Shown here: piece by piece, positions 12,120 through 23,269 of the stretch
Layout of the letters: each line of letters starts with the position of its first letter
Numbering within the stretch: the stretch's first letter is position 1
Assembly: GCF_004010195.1 (NCBI RefSeq)
Contig: NC_057754.1
Span: 5,991,846-6,055,845 of the forward strand
Direction of reading: 5' to 3'
Origin: Chiloscyllium plagiosum
Taxonomy: Eukaryota
DNA: 64,000 bases
Position numbers and translations under genes: made by a program
The notes under the pieces: generated by a model
Told to the model about the DNA's origin: nothing
The model's database searches: none
What the model saw: only the letters and a program-made list of their open reading frames with translations

Positions 12120-13040
12120 CAACACTGACACAGGTTAGGGTTTCAGTAGCAATGAAGCTGGGGTGAGGAGGAGACAAGCAACGTTTTAGAGATTGGAATT
12201 CTTGATGCTTGTGATTGTGTAGATGTCTGATCAGAAGGTCACCTTGGGGTCAGATATGAAAACAATATTGTGAAGAATGTAGTTCTGCCTCAGACACTTC
12301 CCAGTGAGAGGGAGGGACACAGCAGTAATGGAAATGAATTTGGAATAGCAACTGAAGGCAATGGGTTTAACAATTACAGTGTTTCATTGGAGTGAATTGC
12401 AGCTATTTGAAGCGTGGTAAGCAGTTTGAAAACTGAGTAATAGTGGAGTAATGGAGACGGATGATGGGGAGGGAGAGCTGGACATTGTCAGTGTACATGT
12501 GAAACCTAACACAGTGCTTTTGGGCGATGTTACCTCCTGGCAGTATGTAGGTGAGAAACAGGACGGACCAAGGATAGATCCTGGAGGGACCCCAAATACA
12601 ATGAATTCAGAAAGGAAAGGGAGAGTGGAGATGGAGCAGGATTTTCCAATGATGGGGAGGTCAAATATTAGGTTTTAGCAAAATGGGAGAGAAGGACATA
12701 ACGAGAAAAGACAGAAATAGATCATGGAACAATATCTGTGAATTGCAAGGAGAGAGGGCAGTGACAAGCAGGAGGATGAGACAGAGATTTGGAATGTCCA
12801 TGATTTAGCTACACTACGGTAAATGGTCAAGATGACCTCTAATAAGGCCTGACAAAAGACTCTAGGAAATGCAAGTTTAGGACTAAAATGAGGACCACCG
12901 TTGTGAGGCAGTTTGGCCCGGTGGGCTAGTGGAGAGGGAGCGAAGAAGCAGAGGCAGCTGATCGGATTGTCTCAATGTTATTGTCAGAGAATCTCCATGT
13001 GCTCCTCACTCTTGTTGTTGGAGGGGAGGATGGAGGAGAC
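12120..13040 (-). mobile_element. L2-like LINE RT remnants
   Basis: Reverse complement carries GVPPGSILGPSCF..Y and FHMYTDNVQLSL (degenerate PQGSxLGP and YADD motifs). Confidence 0.6.
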
Positions 13041-13159
13041 AGGGTAATGGACATTTTTTAAAAATTTCCAAAACAATAAACAAAACCTGTGATAGTTATT
13101 CTAAAAATAAGTGAACAAACCTGTTGTATTTATCATTTATCAAGAATATTAAAATATAC

Positions 13160-14150
13160 AACTGAAGGTCAGGTTTGAAACCCAAGTCGGTAGAGGGTGG
13201 CTCTGAAGTCAAGAAAAAAATAACTGGAATGAAGAATCTAATGTTTGCCATGGAACCATTGGAGATGTTTTTCTGCCATTGACAATGTCCTTGAGGGAAA
13301 GAAACCCGACAGTGGCCCATCAAGTCACTCATTGTATTAATCACTGCACAGTCTCAACAAAGGAATGAAACTGGATGGACCACATTACATCTACCAATGC
13401 ACTAGCAAATACAACCACACAATCAGCCCTCTTGACCCTGCAACTTCCGCCTCACTGTGGGCCAACAACAGCAGCAGAACTGTACTCCAGCCCAATCTGA
13501 AACTCATGGCCTGATATCCCCCACTCAACCATTAACATCAAGCCAGGGGAATCAACCCTGGTTCAATGGTGAATGCAGGAGGGCATGCCAGGAGCAGTAC
13601 CAGGCATACCTAAAAATGAGGTGCCAACCTGGTGCAGCTACCAAACCTGCATGGCCAAACAGCACAAGCAACACCAAATAGAACTAAGTGATCCCATAAC
13701 CAATAGATTAGATCAGAGTTCTGCAGTTCTGCCACACCTAGTCAAGAAGAGTGATGGACAATAAAACTCATTTCAAATCATATCAAGAAATGGATAAGCA
13801 GTGTAAAGGTATGGGCCCTGCCAATATTCTGGCAATAATACTGTTGGTTGTGCTCCAGAACCTGCTGCCCACCAAGGCAAGTACTGCTCCAGCACTGGCA
13901 CCTACTGACTTTGTGAAACATTGCTCAGGGATGTTCCAACACAAAAACACAGGGCAGATCCAACTCAACCAATTCCCCTCCATCAGTCCACACTCGCTCA
14001 GCAGTGAAGTGATGGAAGGTGTCATCAACAGTGCTGTCAAGCACCTGCTCAGCAATAACCTGCTCAGCGATGCCCAGTTTGGGTTCTGCCAGGGCCACTC
14101 AGCTCCTGCGCTTGTTACAGACTTGATTCACACACTGACAAACAGCTGAA
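13160..14150 (+). mobile_element. LINE ORF2 fragments with SINE-like 5' region
   Basis: QPWFNGECRRACQEQYQAYLKMR and SEVMEGVINSAVKHLLSNNLLSDAQFGFCQGHSAP (RT domain start). Confidence 0.75.
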
Positions 14151-14214
14151 TTAGGGGAGGATGATAGGCCAGACCCCCTCCAAGACCACTATTTCGACTT
14201 CAGTGATTTCACCT

Positions 14215-14690
14215 GACCTTACCACAGTCTCAGCTCATTTGCTGAAACTCTCATTCAATCCTTTTGTTGACTCTAGATTTCACTATCTAAACCCACTCCT
14301 GGCCAGCATCCCACATTCGCCCTCCCGATAATCTCAAGAGTATTGAAAACTCTACTGCGGAAGTGCTCACTTGTACCAAAACTTGCTGATCAATCAAAAG
14401 ACTCCCATTTATAAGCAACAACATTTTACTTTCGCACCTTTGAATTAATTCCTGGCTGTAAGCATTCCTATCTCCCTGCACCACACACCCTTTCACATCA
14501 CAATAACTCATTTTAGTTCAGACTCTCAATGATGTCTTTATTTTTGAGTTCACCTGTGTGACTGTTTCTATAGACTCCAAAGGAACATGGTCTGGAATCC
14601 CCACTCTAACCCTCTAAGATTTATTTTGTTCCTTTAAGGCATTCTTGAAAAAATGTTTATTTGGCAATGGTTTTGGTCACTGGACACAAT
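14215..14690 (+). mobile_element. L2-like LINE 3' remnant
   Basis: gctgaaactctcattcaatcc..gactctagatttcactatctaaacccactcctggcc resembles L2 AETLIHAFVTSRLDYSNALL. Confidence 0.55.
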
Positions 14691-15148
14691 ATTTCCCATC
14701 TGTAGCCTTATGTCAAAAGTTCTCAATAATATTGTTTGTGAAATTAAAACCATGCTGATTGGTACAGATATCTTCTACTCTTCGATATCGCTGAGTGAAT
14801 AATCTGTAATGTCTCTTACCAAACCACGTTGTGGGAGCACCTTCACCACACAAACTGCAGCAGTACAAGGAAGTCAAACATCACCCTCTCCACAGGCAAC
14901 AAGGATTTGGCATTGATCACTGGTTTCTGTGGAAGGAGAACTCATATTGCAGTTGATGTTTCAGGGAGTGCAATATGAATTACAGGGAATGAAAATGGTG
15001 CCGACTTTGACTGTCAGATATTGAAGGAAAATGCACTCGCTTCTTGGAAAAAAGAATTCTTGACTGTCAAAGATTTTGTGGAAAAAATAACCTGATAATG
15101 GAACAGCATATTATCAGGAGCCGGGCAGCAGTGGACAATTCATTTACA

Positions 15149-15238
15149 TTCCTGAAGAAGTGCTTATGCCCGAAACGTTGATTCTCCTGCTCCTCGGATG
15201 CTGCCTGGCCTGCTGTGTTTTTCCAGCTCTACATTTTT
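15149..15238 (+). mobile_element. 90-bp Penelope pLTR insert containing a minimal hammerhead ribozyme core, with 13-bp TSD
   Basis: CTGAAGA at 15152, short stem gtgc-ttat-gccc, GAAAC at 15172; caattcatttaca at 15136-15148 and 15239-15251. Confidence 0.8.
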
Positions 15239-15384
15239 CAATTCATTTACAAAACAGCTGTGAAAGTAATAGTAAAATACTATACAGAGCAAAAATACAC
15301 CCATGAGAGACTGAGGAAGCTAGATAATGAACAGGTGGACATCAGAGAACCCAGAGGTGAACCAGAGGAAAGTTCACTTTTATG

Positions 15385-15640
15385 ATCCCACAGTCAAAGA
15401 TGTCTAGCACAGAAACAGACTTCTTCGGTCCAACCTATGCCAATCAGACATCCTAACCTAATCTATCTAAATTAAATCCTATCTGCCACTCCTCAGCCCA
15501 TTGGCCCCTTTGATCAGTATCCCACTGTACTCTGAGATAACCTTCTTCATTGTCCATAATAGCTCCAATTTTGGTGTCACCTGCAAACTTGCAAACTATC
15601 CGGCCTCTGTTCACATCCAAATCATTTAAATGAATGACGA
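15385..15640 (-). mobile_element. CR1 fragments
   Basis: HLNDLDVNRGRIVCKFAGDTKIG..WAEEWQIGFN. Confidence 0.8.
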
Positions 15641-15749
15641 AACAAATCCAGAAAAAAAAATACATTTCTCTGGGTTTGAATGTGCTCTTGTAAATCCTGC
15701 CCTATGACTCTTTTTACCAGAGAAGGCTGTACATACATCCCTCTGAACT

Positions 15750-16040
15750 TTGCCCCCTACAAAGCTGGCGGCCGCGCACGTGTCCAGTGAATCATTGCCC
15801 CGAATAAATATGGCGGCGCTCACTCGGGCCGATTACTCAACGAGCCATATTCCCGTTTACTACAAAAACGGGACTGTAAGTTTCAAATTTGTGTTTTCCG
15901 ATGTGTACCAAATGATTGTAAAACCTGTCAGACCATACCAACACCATTTCCCTCCCGCATCCTGCTGTTTATGTCTTTCCTTACCGACAGCACTCTGCGG
16001 ACACATCCCGAACATCCCACCGCGAGGATGATCACGTGGT
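15750..16040 (-). promoter_or_regulatory. CpG-rich first-exon/promoter module with YY1 sites and candidate donor
   Basis: ATATGGCGGCG at ~15808-15818, second GCTGGCGGCC at ~15764; minus-strand ggcccga|gtgagc; locally CpG-rich. Confidence 0.55.
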
Positions 16041-16224
16041 ATAGTCTAGTCCCTAATCTATCTAAATTAAATCCTATCTGCCACTCCTCAGCCCATTGGC
16101 CCCTCTGATCAATATCCCATTTTATTCTGAGATAACCTTCTTCATTGTCCACAATACCAACTGTTGGCTGGAGCATGCACACTGCTTCATGGCTTTTGTT
16201 GCTGTTTCTCAGTTACAAGAATGA

Positions 16225-16360
16225 GGGACAAAGTTAAAAATCACACAACCACCTGATGAAGGACCAGCAACGTAGTGCTTCCAAATAAACCTGTTGGACT
16301 ATAACCTGGTGTTCTGTGAATTTTAATTTTGTCCATCCTAATCCAACACCAGCACCTCCA
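16225..16360. mobile_element. Small Penelope-type element with terminal inverted arms and CTGATGA remnant
   Basis: ggacaaagttaaaaatcacacaac ... gttctgtgaatttttaattttgtcc; ctgatga at ~16253; the core ttccaaataaacctgttggactataacct recurs at ~58454 and ~58837. Confidence 0.6.
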
Positions 16361-16384
16361 AGTCACGAGTGAGGGAGGAATGCA

Positions 16385-17780
16385 GAACAGAAGAACAAAA
16401 GATCTAGGAAAAGGAGAAGGCCGTCCTGCCCTTCGAGCCTGCTCTACCATTCAATAAGATCATGGCTGATCATTTTGTGGATGCAGAACCATTGACCCAC
16501 GTTCTCACCGTATTCCTTAATTAATTATTTCTTTTTTAAAAAATCTACCTTAGCTTTAAAAATGTTCATTGAACTAGCATCAACTACTTCCCTGGGCAAT
16601 GCACTCCATCGAGGTCAAGACGTACCTTCTCAATTCATCCTAAATTTGCTGCCTCTAACCTTGTGGTGATGCCCTCTTGTCCTAGATTCACCTGCCAGTG
16701 GAAACATCCTCTCTACTTCTATTTTATTCATTCCATTCATTATTTTATATCTTTCCATTCTTCTGAATTCCAATGAATATAATCCCAACCTACTCAGTCT
16801 CTGTTAAGCCAAACCCCTCCCCTCCGGAATCAACATAGTTAACCTTCTCTGCACCCGCTCTCGTGCCAGTCCAGCCTTGAACACGTAAGGAGATAAAAAC
16901 TGCATGCAGTACTCCAGGTGTGGCCTCGCCAGTACCCACTATAGCTAGAACATAACCTCTGCTTTTAAACACAATCCCTTCAGCAATGAAGGACAAAACT
17001 CCATTTGCCTTCTGAATTGATTGTTATACCTGGTGACCAACCCTCCTGCAGAAGGATGTTCAGGTGTCTCGGCATAGCAAATAATTTAACTTTTTTAAAA
17101 TTCAAGTAATAATCTTTTTATTAATGTTACTCCAACCAAAAAGTATGACTTTACATTTATGAACATAATATTCCACTTGCCAAACCATTGCCCACTCACT
17201 CAATGTATCTATGTTCCTCTGCAAAGTTTCCCAGTCCTCCGCACACTTTGTCCTGCTACTCATCTTCGTCTCATATGCAAACTTTGACATCCTGCATGTG
17301 GTCCCCAACTCCAAATCATCTTTATCAATTCTAAATAATTGCAGTCCCAACACTGATCCTAGAGGCACACTACTAGTTACTAATTGTCAGCCAGAATAAG
17401 GCTTATTTATCCCCACTCTTTGCTTCCTGTTAGTCAACCAATCTTCTATCCATGTTAATACGCTATCCCATGCGCCCTTATATAATGCAACAGCCGCTTG
17501 CGTGGCACCTTGTTGAAGGCCTTTTGGAAATCCAGGTACACCGCATCCACTGAGTCCCTGTTGTCCACCTTGCTCGAAATGTCTTCATACAATTCCAAAC
17601 GATTTGTCAAGCATGACCTGCCCTTCATGAATCCATGCTATGTCTGCCCAATGGGACAATTTCTATCGAGATTCCCTGCTATTTCCTCCTGGAAAATAGA
17701 CTCAAGGATCTTTCCAACTACAGAGAATAAACTAACTGGTTTAGAATTCCCTATATTTTGTCCACCGCCTTTTCTTACAG
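16385..17780 (-). mobile_element. CR1 LINE RT to 3' tail
   Basis: VPLGSVLGLQLFRIDKDDL..SKFAYETK; tail near 16390. Confidence 0.9.
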
Positions 17781-18029
17781 TCCTTCCTTTTCACTGGAAA
17801 ATGCCTTTGCTGAGCACTTCCTAAAATGTCTTTGAAAATCTTTCACTGCTCATCAACTGTCTCACCATAACATCTTTGTTTACAGTCTACGTTATTCAGG
17901 CTCTCTCTCATTCTATTTTAGTTCCCCCTGTTCAAGCACAGGACCAAGGTATTAGATTTTATCTTCACACTCTCCATGTGTATTCTAACTTCAACCATAC
18001 AGTGCTCACTTCTTCATGAACCGGACTAG

Positions 18030-20292
18030 ATGGTTGATTTAGTTGTAGGTGAGCACTTTGGAGAGAGTGATTACAATTCAGTTATTTTTAGTTTAGCGGT
18101 GGAAAGTGATAGGTACATGCCACAGGTGAAGACTTATTGATGGGGCAGTGGCAATTATAATGAGATTCAGCAAGAATTAGGATGCATAGAATGGGGTAGC
18201 GAAATTCAGTGGATGCAGACAATGGAAATGTGGAGCTGGTTTAAGGAACAGATATTGCGTGTCCTTGATAGGTATGTCCCTGTCAGGCAGGGAGGAAGTG
18301 ATAAGGTAAGGGAACCGTGGTTTACCACAGAAATTGCATCTCTTGTTAAGAAGAAGTAGGAGGCTTATGTGTTGATGAGGCAAATGGTACAGATGAAGTG
18401 ATGGAGACTTACAGATCAGCTTGGAAGGATTTAAAGAGAGTGAGAGTTAAGAAGAGCAAAGAGAGGACACGAGCAGTCTTTAGCGAATAGAATAAAGGAG
18501 AACCCTGAAGTTTTGTATAGGTATGTGAGGAATAAAGGATATGGTAGGAATAGGGCCAATCAAAGACAGAAGTGGGAAGTTGAGTGTGAACACTGTGGAA
18601 ATTGGAGAGATGCTAAACGAACATTTTTCATTGGTTTTCACTCAGGAAAATGAGAATATTGTAGACAATAATGAAGTAGAAGATGTTAGTATAGAAAGGA
18701 TCGAGGTTAGTTACGAACAGGTGTTATCAATTCCAGAAGGATTGAAAGTAAATAAGTCCCCTGGGCTGGATGGGATTTATCCGTGGATTTTCTGGGAAGC
18801 TAGGGAGAAGATAGCAAATACTTCGGCTTTGATATTGAGTCATCATTGCCTACAGGTTCAGTACCAGAGGACTGGATGATTGCAAATGTTATGCCTTTGA
18901 TCAAGAAGGGCAGTCGAGATGACCCAGGTAATTATATACCAGTGAGCCTTACTTCTGTTGTAGGAAAGGTTTTGAAAAGGATTATAAGAGACAATATTTG
19001 TAATCATCTGGCAAACAACAATATGATTTCAGATCATCAATATGGTTTCGTCAAGGGCAGGTCGTGTCTCACAAACATCATTGAGTTTTTGGAAATGGTG
19101 ACCAAGCATATAGATGAGGTTAGGGCAGTTGACGTGGTATACATGGACTTCAGTAAAACCTTTGATAAGGTTCCAAATGGTAGGCTCTTAGATAAAATGC
19201 AGCGACATGGAATTGAGTGTGATTTAGCAGTTTGGATTAGAAACTGGCTTTCTGAAAGAAGGCAGCGAGTGGTGGATGATGGAAAATAATCAGCCTCCAG
19301 TGCGGTTATTAGTGGTGTGCCACAAGGATCTGTTTTGGGACCACTGCTGTTTGTAATTTTTATAAATGTCTTGGACGCAGGCATAGGTGGATGGATTAGT
19401 AAATTTGCAGATGACACGAAAGTCAGTGGAGTAGTGGACAGTGTAGAAGAATATTACAGGTTGCAGGGGGACCTGGATAAACTACAGAATTGGGCTGAAG
19501 GGTTGCAAATGGAGTTGAATGCAGCTAAATGTGAAGTGATGCACTTTGAGAAGGATAACAGGAAGGCAGAGTACTGGGTCAATGGAAACATTCTTGGTAA
19601 TGTAGATGTGCAGAGGGATGTTGGAGTCCATGTACATAGATGCCTGAAAGTTGCCACCTAGGTGTACAGTACTGTTAAGGTGGCATACAGTGTGTTAGAT
19701 TTCATTCGTAGATGGATTGAGTTCTGGAGCCACAATATCATGCTGCAACAATACAAAACACTGGTGCGGCCATATTTGGAATATTGTGTGCAGTTCTGGT
19801 GCCCATATTTCGGGAAGGATGAGGAAGCATTGGAAAAGGTGCAGTGGAGATTTACCAGGATGTTGTGTGGTCTGGAGGGAAGGTCTTATGAGGAAAGGTT
19901 GAGCGATGTGAGCGTGTTCTCATTGGCAAGAAGGCGGCTGAGAGGAGATTTGATAGAGACATACAAGATGATCAGAAGGTTAAATAGGGTAGACAGTGAA
20001 AGTCTTTTTCCTAGGATGATGACATCAGTGTGTATGAGGGGGCATAACTACAAATTGAGGGGTGATAGATTTAAGACAGATGTCAGAGGCAGGTTATTTA
20101 CTCAGAGACTGGTTAGGGCGTGGAATCCACTACCTACGAATGTAGTTAACTCAGCCACGTTAGTGAGATTTAAACAATCCTTTAGATAAGCACATGGGTG
20201 ATTTTGGGATAGTGTAGGGGGACGAGCGGAGAATAGTTCACAGGTCGGTGCAACATCAAGGACTGAAGGGCCTGTTCTGCACTGTATTGTTC
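18030..20292 (+). mobile_element. Long 5'-truncated CR1 LINE (EN end, RT, 3' UTR), with stops and frameshifts
   Basis: KSPGLDGIYP, PGNYIPVSLTSVVGK, AVDVVYMDFSKTFDKVP, PQGSVLGPLLF, KFADDTK, RGDLIETYK; tail tgtattgttc. Confidence 0.97.
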
Positions 20293-20402
20293 CCTGACTA
20301 TTGTGCTACAAGAGATTTTTACTGTCTTAAACTGAGTGATGGATCTTGTATTGTGAGCTTACGAAGTGTCACTGATCTCTACCAAACACGTACGAGGTAG
20401 AG

Positions 20403-20482
20403 AATGCTGCCTGACCTGCTGCGCTTTTCCAGCAACACATTTTTCAGCTCTGATCTCCAGCATCTGCAGTCTTCACTTTCTC
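20403..20482 (+). mobile_element. 80-bp Penelope pLTR insert with 16-bp TSD
   Basis: cacgtacgaggtagag at 20387-20402 and catgtacgaggtagag at 20483-20498; the body resembles the 15149 element's tail. Confidence 0.8.
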
Positions 20483-20839
20483 CATGTACGAGGTAGAGTC
20501 AGGGTAATAATAAGAGGCTGCAACAGGATGGGGACAGGTAGCTCCATACAAAACCCGACTCCTTCTCAACTGTTTTCACCACAAAAATCGAGCGCCTTCC
20601 AGAAAAGCACCTCTATATCCCACCACTTTGCCCTACAATCGTGGTATCTGGCTGTGCACTAAGAAGAGGACAACAGTCTGTACTGGGACACTGAAATGCT
20701 TGGTAAAGAGTAAAATCATCTGAGCATAGAGAGCCCCACCACACTGCGTGCATTTTCTATTGTTTTTTCTCTGTTCCTGACTTCCCTTGGTTTTCCGAAT
20801 GAACCTGCTAAAAGTTGTTGTTACACACACCTGCACAAG

Positions 20840-20900
20840 CTGTGAATTGAACCCAGGCCTCTCGGTCCAAGATTCGGGATATTTTCACCGCGTCACAAAA
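20840..20900 (-). mobile_element. tRNA-derived SINE head remnant
   Basis: Minus strand tgacgcggtg...cctgggttcaattc (A/B-box-like). Confidence 0.4.
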
Positions 20901-20929
20901 CATCGACTCGAACTTCCGTTGTCCATTGC

Positions 20930-21880
20930 TTGCTCAGTCACGCCTGAATCAACTCTGCAATTGGGAGGAAGGGGCGGAACAGAAGGACCGAGTAGCGGCC
21001 GGTCCTCCAATCAAAGTGAGTGAGGAGCGGGGCCAAAGCACTCTCGGGGAGTGAACGCTTGAAGATTGGTCAGAGAGCAAACTATTTTGCAGGATTGATC
21101 ATTCTCATTACATCGTGGAGCATTAAACCTCTCTCATAAATCAATGTGAGATTTTAAGAAATTCTGTAGTTGAAATGTAAATCTGATAACGTACATATTT
21201 CCAATCGATTTACACTACTCGAGTAAGAAACTTGTTTTCAAACTCCCAGAACGATTGGTAATTTACATACCAGGCCGGTATGGTTGATTTGGACCGGACA
21301 ATCTACTTACATACGAGACAGCTCGATGACAGTTACTTGACAGAGCAATTGTTGATGATTAATAATTCACCCATAATTCTGTGCAGTTATGAATATTCTC
21401 TATAAACTCACCGATAACCTCAGACGCACGCGCAGTTTGGTTGCTATGCAGAGCATGCGCAGTGTCACATTGGTCAGGGCAAAGAGAGCGGGAGAGAGAG
21501 ACAGAGACATGGAGCTGCTTTCTTCGGCAGCGGCTGCGATCGGCTTCAGAGAGCGGCGCTCAGAGCCGGTGTGTGGGAGCCTCGCTGGGAGAAAGGAGCG
21601 GAGAGAATTCACAAGTCCCGGATAAAGGTTAAAAATAACTCGATAAAGACCCTCCAGGCCCGGGTAAAGAGGTGGCGGTCTCTGATCAGGGAAACGGCCG
21701 CCATTTGTTTGAGGGAAGAGGGAGCGCGGGCCTGAGGGCCGCCATCTTGAGAAGGTCAAGGTGCAGGAGGGCGGGGCTCTCGGGGTCTGTAGAACAATCA
21801 GAGGAAAGGGAAGACCCATTGTTACTGATTAATCCCACGGACACAGCGTCACTGGGCGGTCCCGCAGGAATATCCTCTCT
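20930..21880 (+). promoter_or_regulatory. CpG-island promoter and probable first exon
   Basis: GC box ggggcgg ~20971; CCAAT ~21007 and ATTGG ~21064, ~21468; NRF1-like GCATGCGCA ~21453; YY1 GCCGCCATTT ~21697 and GCCGCCATCTTG ~21738; CpG density far above the flanks. Confidence 0.75.
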
Positions 21881-22069
21881 CAGTCCTGCTGGGATGTTTC
21901 ACCCAGTCAGAACCAGCAGCTTTCTTCCTCTCTCAGCTCCCCTTCTGTCCTTCCCGCAGCATCTGTCCCCTGGGACATTGAGCTGCCTGTCCTGTCCCTC
22001 CCTCAGCTGTTGTTCTGTAATACCTGTGATATCCCAGTCCCATCTTAGATTACATCACTAAACACATGA

Positions 22070-22265
22070 ATGCACCCGATGGATTTTTCTTAACATCAGC
22101 AATTGTTTACTATTCACTTACTGGTTTTTCATTACATCTTTTTTGAAGCACTTAATTCAAATTCAATCATTTGCAATGGCTGGATTTAAACCTGTGTCCA
22201 GAGAGCATTTGCTGAGTTTCTGGATAAATTGCCTCACAATATTGCAACTAGGCCATCACTTCGCC
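22070..22265 (-). mobile_element. SINE-like remnant related to 13160-13300
   Basis: Reverse complement shows a tRNA-like head (ggtttaaatcc) and a similar AT-rich body. Confidence 0.4.
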
Positions 22266-22602
22266 TGCTCACAGGTTGCTCATCCCAGTGCAACATGAAT
22301 CAAAACCCTTTCTTCCCGCACAATTATTTGATCCCGAACTCTGGTGATATCACTCAATCTCTCTCCATGTGGGATCCCTCACTGTATGCGTCTAATTGCT
22401 GCCTCTGTCAGCGTCTCTCACTCTTGCAGCTTCTCCAGATCCTGAACCAACAGAATTCTCCGCTCCAGAGAGAAGAGGCAGCACAGGCCAGGAATGGAAG
22501 TGGAATTTTCCAGATCTCTGTGGGCTCACTGCCATTCTACATGTGTAACCCTCACAGCATCAGTCTCATTTCCCATTCTCCTTATTTATGTGTCTTCTAC
22601 AG

Positions 22603-22719
22603 GTACCCAGGGAGTCCCTGACTCAATAGACTTGCCAACTGCTGGTTGGGAAGATGATTGGTCAGCCAGAGAGACAAAGGTCAGGGAGGTCGGGAGCCTT
22701 CAATAAATCCTGCTGCCAG
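22603..22719 (+). other. Candidate internal (probably 5' UTR) exon, 117 bp
   Basis: Polypyrimidine tract ending tgtcttctacag| and donor cag|gtaaga, ~0.9 kb downstream of the CpG-island promoter. Confidence 0.55.
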
Positions 22720-23269
22720 GTAAGATCACTCAGTGCACAGAGCAGAGAGCAATGAGAGAGCTCCAAACATCAGCTAACAAGACATGACATAGACATAGTG
22801 CTGGATGGGGAGCACAGTACAGGCACACCCCAGGCTCAGTCACCACCTCTACTTTAAGTTTTGTTGTACTGAGACAGTATCGGGAGTTCCCAGTTTTCAA
22901 TCCAGGCGTGTGCTGTCTTGGTGAGCCCCAGGACAACAGAGGGGAATGCAGGCCTCCCACGAGAGGGTGGTAATGCTGCCTGGGATCTTTCTGTTCTCTA
23001 TTCCCTCTCCAACATTGTATCTGTGGGTCATCTTGTGGACCAGTGTCTTCAATCATTCTAACTCCTATAACAGTTCCTATCTCTGTGATCCCCTCCCCTC
23101 TTACCAATTAATTGACATATTTGAAACCTCAAGCCCAGACGACCATCCATATCGCTGTAACTTGCTTCAGTCTCTACAACATGCCTTGTCTCGATAGTCT
23201 CCTAATCCAAAAACTGGAGACATCGGGTCTGTTTCTGTGCTGCATGACTCTTTGTTTGAGGTTTCCTAA

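Noticed and set aside
18541..20189. Active reverse transcriptase gene
   Set aside because: Split by frameshifts and stops (e.g. TAA ~19287, TAG ~19659) and 5'-truncated.
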